This document shows, one piece after another, positions 13,204-24,400 of a stretch of DNA of 64,000 bases. Origin of the DNA: Lama glama (Eukaryota); the NCBI GenBank assembly GCA_028534125.1, contig CM052818.1, forward strand, positions 21,516,001 to 21,580,000, in the 5' to 3' direction. Within the stretch, counting starts at the first letter, position 1. Each line of letters begins with the position of its first letter. The notes beneath the pieces were generated by a model. It searched no databases. It was not told the DNA's origin and was given only the letters and a program-made list of their open reading frames with translations. A program made the position numbers and the translations under genes.

Positions 13204-13602
13204 AAGAAGATACATAGATGGCAAATTAGCACATGAAAAGATGCTCAACATCTTTGGTCATTCAGGAAATTTAAATTAAAACCACAATGTGATACCACTA
13301 CACAGCTATTAGAATGTCTAAAGTCTAAAAGACTCATCATTTCAATTATTGGCAGAACTCTCCCATATTTCAGATGGGAATCTAAAATGGGACCACCACT
13401 TTGGAAAACAATTTGGCAGTTTCCCCCAAAGTTAAACATTACTTACCATATGATCCAATGATTCTACTCCTAAGTATTTATCCTAGAGAAATGAGAGCAT
13501 ATGTCTTATCAAACCCTTGTACATAAATGTTCATAACAGCTTTGTTTGTAATAACCATACACTGGAAAAAAAAAACAAATATCCATTAATGGGAAAACAA
13601 AC

Positions 13603-13619
13603 TGTGTGTGTGCGCGCGT

Positions 13620-13660
<41 letters not shown>
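13603..13660. repeat. Compound (TG)n(CG)n(CA)n microsatellite
   Basis: TGTGTGTGTGCGCGCGTG(CA)20. Confidence 0.95.
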
Positions 13661-13662
<2 letters not shown>

Positions 13663-13697
13663 GGAATACTACTCAGCAATAAAAAATGAATAAACTA

Positions 13698-13841
13698 GGT
13701 GGGGAGGGTATAGCTCAAGTGGTAGAGTGCATGCTTAGCATGGATGAGGTCCTTGGTTCAATCCCCAGTACCTCCTCTAAAAATAAAGAAAGAAATAAAC
13801 CTAATTACCTACCCCTGCAAAAAAAAAAAAAAAAAAAAAAA
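13698..13841 (+). mobile_element. tRNA-derived SINE (camelid vic-1-like) with poly(A)
   Basis: Pol III A box TAGCTCAAGTGG, B box GGTTCAATCCC, AT-rich linker, ATAAACCTAATTACC tail, A23. Confidence 0.9.
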
Positions 13842-14227
13842 CTAAAGGTCTAGGGCACTGGGCTCCACTCCAGTCCCTTGGTCTACCTAACTCTTATAAA
13901 AAAAGGAATAAACTATTGAAACACATTACAACATGGATAAAATTCAAAAAAGAAAATGCTGAGTGAAAGAAGCCATATGAAAAAGAATACAAACCATTTG
14001 ATTCTATTTATATGAAATTTTGGAAATTGCAAATTAATCTGTAGTGACAGAAAGCAGATAACAGTTGCCTACGGAGGGGTGGGAGGAAGGGGCATGAAAA
14101 GACCTTTGGTGATGATGAATATGTTCATTATCTTGAGTGTGGTGATAGTATCATGGGTACAAACATAAGTCAAAACATCAAATTACACAATTGAAATATG
14201 TGCAACTTATCGTAGGTGAACTATACT

Positions 14228-14285
14228 GTTTTTCAAAAAATTCTATCCAAGCAATCCTGACACTGTCAGATTTTGGAACCACTAG
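14228..14285 (+). mobile_element. MER5-type MITE, other end
   Basis: TTTTTCAAAAAATTCTATCCAAGCAATCCTGACAC...TTTTGGAACCACTAG resembles the MER5 terminal part. Confidence 0.5.
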
Positions 14286-14289
14286 ACTA

Positions 14290-15560
14290 AACCAAAGCCT
14301 TCGACACCTATGCCACCTTAGGCAGAAGGCTGTCTATTCTGTTTTCAAATAGCTTTCAAGAAAAAATATTTCAGAAACTCTTTGTTAACACATCTTAGTG
14401 TTTAATGACCTCAGTAGTAAAAGGGTTCTTCCTCTACCTAATCAAACTCTTGCTACTTTTAAGCCTATTTGTTTTAATTCACCTCTGTGAAAATTAAAAC
14501 AAGACAATCACTCCATAAACTTATTGTGAGACTCTGACATACAGTTGCTACTCAACGAATGACTCTGAAATGAAATAATACCTCATACAATTTGAAGAGG
14601 GGTCTCTCTTCTCTAGTCTGTACTTTAAAGAAACATCTATTCATCATCTTACGTATTTAGAATGCTTTTCTTTGGACCTTCTAGCTTCCCTGCAGGGGAA
14701 AATTAGAATAGTCCGAGGGTTGTGATTAAAACTGACTATTGCAGCGTAATGACTCTGGGCTCCTCATGCTTGCAAATCATATTCCTTTTTATACATCCTA
14801 AAATTATGTGTTGCTTATAAATAATAACACAGAATTGCTCAGCGATACATGGATTGGGTTCCACTATTGACTCAAATCTTTTTGTTATATTTAGGGCCAC
14901 ACTGCTCGTATCTTGTATCTATCTTTGGTGCTGCTCATGATACCACAGAAGGTTATTTTGAACTTGGTCCTACTGCTCTGCATAGGCTATATAATGATTC
15001 ATTTTCATGGCTGAAGATCGTTTTATTTAACAAAATGAAATAGCCATAACAACCATAACAACCTTCCAAAGCACTTACATCAGGGCTTTCCTCAGAACAA
15101 GATTTATTGTTGATACTGAGCCCTTTGTAACCATTTTCAACTGTGACTTGTCCCTGAAGTGAGCCCCTTCCTGCAGGAATATAGGCAGGACTGGACCACA
15201 TCCTTTGAGTTAGTGTTAAAATGTCATGTGTGACTGAATCAAAGTCCCTTCTAAAGTTCAGATAAATTACATATCCAGCCTCCTAAATGTCTGTATAAAC
15301 TGCCAATCTCTTGAAGAAGGAAATTAAATCGATCTGGTACAATTTGCTCTTTGCAAAGGCAAGAGAGTGACGACTCAGTGCTTCATGCTCTCCTATGTGG
15401 TGACTAGTTGATTCTTCAATGATTTCATCTAGTACAGAATCTTTAAAGGTATCACAGTTAACCTGTCTGGCTTATAGGAGGTATAGTTTGCTCCTCTTTT
15501 AAAAATATGGGCACTAAAGCCGCTTTGGTTTAATCAAGAAGCCTTTTTACTGTTTTTTTA
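14290..15560 (-). mobile_element. CR1/L3 LINE, RT domain to 3' end
   Basis: Reverse strand ~15359-15216 translates AFAKSKLYQIDLISFFKRLAVYTDI*EAGYVIYLNFRRDFDSVTHDIL, matching CR1 GF.K.KSC.TNLISF...VDVIYLDFSKAFD.V.HDIL. Confidence 0.85.
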
Positions 15561-16164
15561 ATCATTTCATGCAGATACTCACTTTCCTACTTCAGACCAC
15601 AGGACCTCCAGGAACTCCATCCTGCTTACCTTCTGCCTTACAGAAGTGAATACTATGCTGTATGTATAGCCGACATAAATATTTGTTGACTTGAATTCTG
15701 ATTCTAAGAAGTATTATTGCATTCCCTAAGGACCCCACAATGCACAGTATCAAGTTAATTTAAATTTAGTGTCTCACATTCTACTCAACAATTTAGAGAG
15801 CACTTAATATTACCCATAAATTATCAGTGAAACAGTGTTTCTATAGGTAGGACTTTTTAAATAACTCACTTTCATTTGGGGATGAAAATGATTTCAATGT
15901 GGGTTATCATTCATATGTGATAAATACAAGGTATTACTCTCAGGTGCTCTGAAACACTTCCATAACTCACAAATTAAAATACACTACCACTTTCAGCTGA
16001 CCCAGTGGAGAATAGGTTAAGGAGCAGCATTGCAATCCATTAACTCATTGGATGAGGTTATATTTTATAAACTATTCAAGTAAGATATAAACATCACTGA
16101 GGATACTTTAAGCAATTATCTGAGGTCAGCTTAATGAAACACTTTACTAACTAACAATGAAAAT

Positions 16165-16417
16165 AATAGCTCTTTTTTATTAAGAATTTATATGGCAAGC
16201 ATGTTGTTAAATCCATTATCACCATCACATCTTTTAATCCTCACAAAAACCCTAAGATGTAAAGCAATATAATCATCTCTGTTTTATAGGCAAGGAAATT
16301 GAGGTTTAAGGTGATTAAATGACAGGTGACAAAGCTGGCTAATTAGCAGAGATGGGACTTAAATTCTTGTCTGTCTTACTGCTGAGCCTGAACTCTTCTT
16401 TACCGGACTGTTCTGCC
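16165..16417 (-). mobile_element. MIR SINE
   Basis: TTTAATCCTCACAAAAACCCT...TTTTATAGGCAAGGAAATTGAGG, reverse MIR core. Confidence 0.85.
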
Positions 16418-16424
16418 ACTCCGA

Positions 16425-16520
16425 GGGCCTACTATGTGCCAAGCAAGGTTCTGGGTACCAAGAGAGACAGAAGAAGCAGTCATAGTCCCGGCTCTCGAGG
16501 ACCTTATACTTGGTAGAAGA
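16425..16520 (-). mobile_element. L2 3' fragment
   Basis: GCCTACTATGTGCCAAGCAAGGTTCTGGGTAC...GTCCCGGCTCTCGAGGA. Confidence 0.6.
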
Positions 16521-17479
16521 AGAGAGATGGTTCATTGCAAGGGTTTTTGCTGTTATTGTGCCCCTTCTCTGTGAAGTGGTGTGCTTGTCTGGACATCCTT
16601 AAGGGTTCAGTCTGTGGTTACATAAACATGAATGCCCTAGAGATCTCTGCCTTACTCTTGGGAGGCTCTCTAAAAACTTCCCCATGTAAAGGTATTTCCT
16701 TAGAGATGGTCAGTCTCAGCTAGCCTCTCTTTAATTTCTTATTCTCGTTTGCCTTCACTTCTCACTTAACACAAATGTCTTCCTTTTTCATATGCATACC
16801 TGAGTTTCCAGTTAAACAGTGCTGTCTATAGAGTCTAAAGAATTGTTGCTCGGAGGTCTGAAATTCTTCATTTAAAAAATACAGGAACCTCTAGGACTTC
16901 TGGCAGTGAGTTTACCCAGCAGTAAGAACAAGGTACGAGGAAAGTGTTAATTAGATGTGTTACACAGGCCAAATTTCTTTTCTCCACAAACCTTCCTTTT
17001 TCTACTACTTTGTTGGAGCCAGTGTTGATTAGCCAAAGGAAAAAGTTTATTTTCCTTTTCCTTATTTCTCTTTGGAATATTCTACTGCAACTGACACCTT
17101 ATGATGTAGCAGATTCTTGACATACTCAGGCCACCAGCACCTACTACATAGCCCATTAGTGAAGACAGAAATTTGACAGACAAGACTTTGAACAAGAACA
17201 ATGGTTTGTGTTTTTCTTAATTTTTACTGTAAAATAAATTTTCTAAATCTTAATCCTATAACTATAATTTTTTTTTCCTATTCATTTCCCAACTGAAAGC
17301 CAGGGCTAAATTTTGTTTTTCAGAAATGGGTCTCTTTATGTTCTGTATTTTCCCTTCTCAAATGCATCCCTTAGTATAAAGATGGGTGAGGTCTTTAAAA
17401 ATTGTTAGAACCAACTTTAGTTTGGGACGGTGTGGGAATAAGAGATGGCTAAATATTATCTGGGCAAACATAAGACAAT

Positions 17480-18465
17480 TCCAGAGGAGAAATGCTATTT
17501 GAAAAACATTTCACATGTTATGTGAAAAGACACAGGGGCAAAACAGGGTGCAGCACTCCAGCCTTTGAGATAGCAGAACCTGACCAGAAGAGACAGGACT
17601 TATTTTAGAATGCTGGAAAATATAAGCTTTTAGCTTGAGGACTAGGGTGAGGGTGGGAGGGTGTGATGTGAGGAAGGGGAGAAGAATTTGTAGGGCTATG
17701 AAGACCAGTAATGTTTGGACTTAAAATTGTTGGCCAAAGGGACCCACTGTAGTTTTCTGCAAAGGAGAGCAGAGTGGAAGCTTAGAATCAAAACTAGGCA
17801 CAAATTCCAGTTCTACTGTTGGGAGCCTTAGTTTTTGTTATATAAAATGTGGTTAATGAGACTTACTCCCCAGAGTTAAATGAAATCATGTATGAAAGTA
17901 CCTACTGGAGTGTCCCCAGTAAGAACGAGATTCTTTTCCTTTCAAAAGAGTGACAGGAAGAAAATGAGATGTCAGATTTATCTGGCAGGAGTGGAAAAAA
18001 TTGAAGGTAGTGCTCAGTGAAAAAGAAAAACCAACTTAGGAGATTGGTTCAGAAAAGCAGGTTAAGGTGATGAGAATGTGGTAGTGAGAAGTGAAAGAAT
18101 CAAATCCAAGAGACATTCTTAAAAGATAAAAATACCAAACTTCATGAAAAATTAGATAAAGAAGAAAGAAAAGTCAGGATAATTCTAAGATTTGTAGCTT
18201 AGGCGCTGGAAGAATGGTAATGGAAACAGAGTTGAACAAGGGTGAACAGAAATGATGGCTTTGGGTTTTTTTTGATATGTTGGGTTTGAGGTAAAGTTAG
18301 GGCATCTAAGAGAATATGCCAGGAGGAGGTTGAGAATATATAGTACAACTAAGAGAGGAAGGCTGGAGCTTTCTAAGTCATTAACCTAGAGATGATGGAT
18401 GAAGTCAGTGGACCAGTGAGATTTCTAAGGATTAGAGAAAAGAATAAAGCCAATGTTGAGCCTAG
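17480..18465 (-). mobile_element. L2 LINE fragment with nested + strand MIR (~17765-17920)
   Basis: Purine-rich reverse L2 motifs (TTTGGACTT, GATATGTTGGGTTTGAGGT, GAGATTTCTAAGG); MIR core CCTTAGTTTTTGTTATATAAAATG. Confidence 0.65.
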
Positions 18466-18499
18466 AGCTGTGAAGACCCCCTCCCCACCCCATCATATT

Positions 18500-18795
18500 C
18501 ATATAAACAACCGTATGTTCATCAGAATCATCTTTCTACAACATAAATCTAAAACATAAACCTGATCTTGACACTCTCCCCAACTAAAAATATCTTCATT
18601 TTGCCTTCAGAGTCCAACAATATAACAAAGAAATACCCAAATCTTCACAAGATAACTCTAGCCTACTTCTACAGCACACCTCTACCTATCCGATCTCTCA
18701 GTCTCTCCTCTCTTCCATCTCCCACCTATCCAGACTCCTTACCTCCCTCACAACATGTCACAGCTTCTGGGTCTGTACTGCTACTCCCTGGAGAA
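18500..18795 (+). mobile_element. L2 fragment (continues at 19685-19838 after L1 insertion)
   Basis: CAGAATCATCTTTCTA...AACCTGATCTTGACACTCTCC...pyrimidine-rich L2 body. Confidence 0.6.
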
Positions 18796-18904
18796 GCAGT
18801 GGAATGAAAACAGTACAAGATCATTTGTGCAGGGAGAGAAGTGGGGGATTGCAATGTAATTTTTCCCACCTTCTGGCCACACTGAGACACTACTGTACTT
18901 CCAT

Positions 18905-19665
18905 ATAGTGAGTGTTGGCAAAGCTATAGAGCAATTGGAACCCTCAAGCACTGCTGGTGGCAATGTAAAAAGATAAAACTATTTTGGAAAAACAATTTGA
19001 CGATTTCTCATAAAGTTAAATATATACTTTCTATATTATCCATCCAGCAAATCTACCTCATATTTTCTCAAGAGAAATGAAAACGTGTGTCCACATGAAG
19101 ACTTCTACATTAATGTGTATAGTACTTATATTCATAATCACTATAATTGGGGAGGAAACTCTCAAATGTCAATCAACAAATAAATGAATAATTAAATTGT
19201 GGTACATCCATAAAATAGAATACTAATCAGTAATAATAAAGGAAACACTACTGATACAAAAACATGGATAAATCTCAGAAACATCAGGCTGAGGAAAAGA
19301 AGCCAGACACGAATTATATATATTATGTGATCTCATTTATCTGCCACTCTAAGAAAGACAAATCTAGGGGCCTGGGGAAGGTCATGGGCTGTACACTGGG
19401 AAAGAGCACAAAGGTACCATTTTGGGATGATAAAAATATCCTATATCTTCATTGAGGTGATGATTATGTGGGTATATACATACGTCTGTGTTTATATGTA
19501 CACACACTTATGCATATATACACATATATGTACATACTTACATATATGGATATACCTATATATCACTTATATACTTAGATGTACATATATACTTAGAGAT
19601 ACATTTCTCTACGTGTGTGTATACAGTTGTCAATTAATATTGCATACAATACTAAAGTGAAAAAT
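18905..19665 (+). mobile_element. Old L1 3' end with TA/CA-rich low-complexity tract
   Basis: GCAATTGGAACCCTCAAGCACTGCTGGTGGCAATGTAAAA...CATGGATAAATCTCAGAAACAT...AAAAGAAGCCAGACAC. Confidence 0.85.
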
Positions 19666-19684
19666 TGCATTAAACAGTTAATTA

Positions 19685-19838
19685 TATAATTAGTTGCTTA
19701 ATGTCTGTTTCACCTCTTTCTGATCAGGAGCTTTGAAAGCAGGGACTGTATGTGTCTCATTCATTGACTACTGTATCTGATGCCTCCCACCAGGTCTCAG
19801 TTACAGTAGGCACTCAATAAATACTTTGTGACTGAATG
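19685..19838 (+). mobile_element. L2 3' end
   Basis: GAGCTTTGAAAGCAGGGACTGT...CAGTAGGCACTCAATAAATACTTTGTGACTGAATG. Confidence 0.8.
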
Positions 19839-21259
19839 TCCAGTCCATTCTAATCCATATTTGAGTTACTTCTATATTCAAAGCATAGTGTTAAGCAATG
19901 AAGAAAATATTAGAATAGGTCAGATATGAAGAGCTAACAATACAATAGGATCAGTACACAAATAATGACTATTTAAGTGTCACGTGTGTTTTAAACTTGT
20001 GGGTGGAAAGTCTGAAAAAGAGAACTATTTTCTTTTAAATATTCCTCTGGTAGTCAGTGTGTCTTTCAACAGCCATAAGGTAAAGGGGAAATGAATATGC
20101 ACAAAAATTAAGGCTTCCCTTGAAAGGCTTGAAATTCTGGAAACTAGAAGTTACCATTTAGCTATTTGCCCAATTTGGGTAAGATATCTGTTAAAGGAGT
20201 ACTCAAACAGCTGTTTACTTTGGTGCTCACAGAGATATAAAGCACTAAATATTTCGATTTCAAGCCACCTCTACATATAACTCACATAGCTCACCCATTA
20301 TCTCCTGCAATATTTTAGGTAGGAGATCAGTCATTTTGGTCTTTTAAAACTAAGGCTATAAAATAGCTTTCAAGAAGGGAAAAATCATTGCCCACTCATG
20401 ATTCAACAGCTGCAAAATTTAAGGGGAAAGAAGAATGTAGTACTGCTGGCCTTGCTTATAGGACTGCTTGCTGTGGATATGCCTTTAAAATACAACGAGC
20501 AGGTAACCACCGACCTTTATAATACAATGGTAGAGAAGTTGGCAGAAAGAATGAGACAGCTTACTGACACAACTGAGAGCATTTGGAGATGCAGAACGAT
20601 GTGTAAGTGTCCCTTCATCTAGATTACTATTTGGAGATTTGAATTATCAGTTCCAAAGTGTTAATATTTTTAAGGCACTACACTGGTGGTAAAGTACACC
20701 CTTTTTACGCTTTTTTTCTTTTCAGAGAGAAAAGGTGAATATGCCATTATGAACACCATCAGGTTTTTTAAAAATACATGTGTGGGGTGACTTGAATATC
20801 AAAAAAAAGCTTCCAAGTCGTGTCAGAAAGGCCAGGTCTACGTATTAGGATGTAATGCCACGCTGTAGTGTTCTATGAAAGGCAGAATGATTCTACAGTG
20901 TTAAGACTAGCCAGACTATGAAAAATAAGAAATGGCAAAAGAAATAAGCTTGGAGAATTTTCCCACATGAGCAAAATGTTCTACTAGACACATCCAGATT
21001 TTAAACAGCCACCAGCTATAAAATTCACATTGCTCTTTATATAAAGTGATTTGGCCTTTTAAAACAGTCCCATGTTAGATGATGGCTCTTGGAATGCTAT
21101 AAATACTTAATGGCTCAAACAGTCTCAAAAGCTACCCAATGCAATAATTTATTTAAATTATAGTAAGGTCTGTTTTTTTTTCCCCCTCCTAATCTAGCTG
21201 GATAAAACGTTAGATCTTTCGTACACACATATTTAATGGTCAGGTCATATAATCTAATG

Positions 21260-21460
21260 AGGCAGAGCCACAGAACATAACAAACTTGACTTATATTCAG
21301 AGGGAAAAGACTTAATTCCTAGCTCTACGGCTGGCCATGAGATTTTAGCCCATTGCTTAGCTTAATCCAGGCCTTGGTGTTCTCATTGGTAAACAAGAAT
21401 GTTAACCGACTTATAACTCTTAGTCCACGATAAAGTGCTGTATACGTGTAAGGGTTCATT
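21260..21460 (+). mobile_element. MIR SINE (diverged)
   Basis: TAATTCCTAGCTCTAC...GGCCTTGGTGTTCTCATTGGTAAAC. Confidence 0.6.
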
Positions 21461-24400
21461 ACTGTCATCAGTAAGATTCACGTGGGCCTTTTATCATTAC
21501 ATTCTTACGGAGAGACAAATACAGCAAAGGTAAAGTCTTTGAAAATTTCTCTTTTTAATCTCACCTGAAAGATGCCTGTACTTTGCAATTTTCAGACCAG
21601 CGATATTCTGACATTTGTGTAGTCAACCACGACCACACCTAGCAGGATGGCATTTATCTTTATAATAATACGGAGTGCTCGGTTGTAAAGCAGGGTCACT
21701 GAAATGAGTAATAATCCCACCGGCGTCTAAGGTACGACCAGCAGGGTCCAGGTCAACAGGCAAGCAGCCGGTAATTTGCCCGACAACACTGAATTTCATC
21801 TGCCCACAGCCTCTATCTACTGATTATACAATCAATACACCTCAGACGAGAAGAGCTAACAACTGACCGGGGCAGATCAATGCTAGCAAATAAGCGCTTC
21901 ATGACAAAAAGTTTGATAATTACCATTCTGAAGCCGTGTAAATGTTGTTTCTATTGTAACAACATTCATGATGATACTGCTATGATTGCACTGTTATTAT
22001 AGGTTTAATGTTAGGCAATCAAGCTACAGTGGTCTAGATATCAACAAACAGCATCAAAAGAAAACATCAAATTGTCCCTATTCTTTTGACACTGTAGCTG
22101 AGAAATTTTTCTATGTTAGTGGCCTTAAATGAACAATAATAAGTGACAATTTAGTGGAAAACACTATTTTCACATCTTACAAAAGTCATGCAATATAGAT
22201 TGATACAAGTATGATTATTTCTAGGACCACTTGAACCAGGGATTAAAATAAACTCAGTCCTGTGACCACGGTTTTCTTTCTTTCCCTTTTTTCCCACATA
22301 CATCATTTAAAGAGGATTTATGTAAATTTTCTCTGTACTCATAATTTTTTCAAGCATTAGTGCAGTCATAAGTATAGGGCACCTTGACTTGATTTAATTA
22401 TCATCGTTTCTACTACAGCACTTTATTTTTTTTTTTTATATTTTATTTTTAAGCCATGATTGCTAGTTCATTCTCAGTCATTAACATTAAGAAGAACTAG
22501 TCATTACTGGTTTTCAATAGCTGCTTGGGTTCCCATGAGCACTTAAGAGTCTTAAAACACAGAAATAGAAAACAGACATTTCAAAGGTAGAACAAATCAT
22601 GACTCCTAGAGGTAGGGTTCAAGAAGCCCTTGGTGTGTGGGCACCGACGCACACAAATTCTTAACTTTCCCATTTGCTTTTTTAAAAACCACAAGGAATT
22701 GGGTCTAAAAAATACAACTAGGACATCTCATTTCTATAAGATGCTTGCTCATATAGAAAAGTGTGAACCAATTCCAAAATGAAAGGCTTTTCAAAAGAAT
22801 GGCAGTCACTTTGGACCATAATAATCATTTCTACAGAGGTATGTCTGACTTTCGATTTGTGTGACACATATTTTTAATTGTCACTTCCATAAATCCATGC
22901 TCCAGCTGCACCCAGACAGCAATAAAGTTACCTGTCTACTACTTGGTCTCCACATCCATGAGCGGTCACATCTCTCACTGTCTGGGGTAAATCAGCCACT
23001 TTTCCATGTAGATAAGAGATACTGGGGAGGAGGGGAGCCATGCTAAAGAGTTTGTCAATAGCTCAGGAGAGAAAGGGCAAACCAAAAACCTTTTGTGGGC
23101 AGCAGTGCGAGCAAGATTTCTAGTGTGCTCGGGGGTTGCTGTTAAATGTCTTTTTCAGCAGTATTCTCTCTTTTTCTGTGCAGCTTCTACCTCGCAATAG
23201 AGTCAAAGAATATGATGTATATTAAAATGCTTTGCCTCTCAGATGGGGCTCATTTTTATTCAGGGACAATTTTGCTGACTGACAGGTAAGCGTTTGGTGC
23301 TGAAATTGGACCTTACAAGAGCTTTGCATTTCATTTGCTCCATTACACCAGTGCATGAATTACCGGCCTTCCACGTTGGCATCTTTCCATTACTTTCAAA
23401 TATCTGACATGAGCAAAATGACTCATCTGACATTTCATGTAACAAATTTGTTCCAAAAAGAATAGAACATTATTATACTATTTTGTATACCTGGGAACCA
23501 CAACCTTCCACCCTAATCTGACCAGAAATTGTAAGTGTATAAATAGTAGCTGATATCAGTTTAAGGAAACACACTCTCCAGTGACAGCTGTAAAATATCG
23601 CGGCGAGAAACAGGTCTGCTGTTTCGTATTACCCACTGTCACTTCAACCTACTTCCTGAAATGTTAGCAAACTTTAGTCAAAGAAGCAGCTTTGTGTTTT
23701 GATTTCATTTCCACCACTGAATCAACTTTGAGGCATTATTTACTCTGATGCACCAACACATCAACTTTTTCACCTTTAATCAGCTGCCTTAACATGTGTT
23801 CATTTTCCTTACAGAAATACCTTCCTTGAAACAGGACAGATAACTAGTAGAGTCAGGGGGTTAAGAGGCCTGTAACAAAGACTCACTCATAGTTGTAAGC
23901 TACTGTTTGCTGACTAGTACAGAATGGTCTCTTAATCCTTCTAGCTCTCACTTTCTCTTTGAATGCTTTTTTTTAAAGCAACAATTATACAGACCATGAC
24001 TCAGAACCTTAAGCTATCTCCCCATTCGAAAACTAATATCACACCCAATTACCCAATTTGCTTTGTAGAACTAAAACGGTGTTTCAGTTCTTTGCTAAAG
24101 GCCAGTGCTATCCTAGAGAGCCTTGCTCTAAGTAGAAAATTAGGGAAGAAAGAATTCTCAGCTTTATGACTCAGCCAGGAGTTTTTCCCACCTCTTCACT
24201 TAAAAATACCTCAGTGACACATTACAATCTGCCATCTAAAGCTGAAGATCACAGATCTACACTCAAAGAAGGGTTTTTCTAGGTGACAGTATAACATTTC
24301 ATAAAGTAGCAGCATAATTATGTGACAGCAAAATTTAAAATATCATGTTCACTGTTAGCATGAACATATCAAATTAATACAGTATTATTTCCATATGAAA

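Larger units (their letters stand above)
12375..14228 (+). mobile_element. L1 (L1MB/MC-age) ORF2 3' part and 3' UTR, interrupted by MER21, a microsatellite and a SINE
   Basis: LGINLTKDVQD-type sequence; ORF 12554-12754 (LILQFTWKCKRPRITK...DFKTYYNATVIK); ATGGAATACTACTCAGCAATAAAAA; 3' UTR. Confidence 0.92.

Noticed and set aside
13698..13775. tRNA-like sequence with A and B boxes
   Set aside because: SINE head: has a tail, poly(A), TSD and two more copies in the window; no proper acceptor stem.
20398..20622. 74-aa ORF with hydrophobic stretch and GTAAGT near its end
   Set aside because: No recognisable homology or good acceptor; ORFs of this size are expected by chance.
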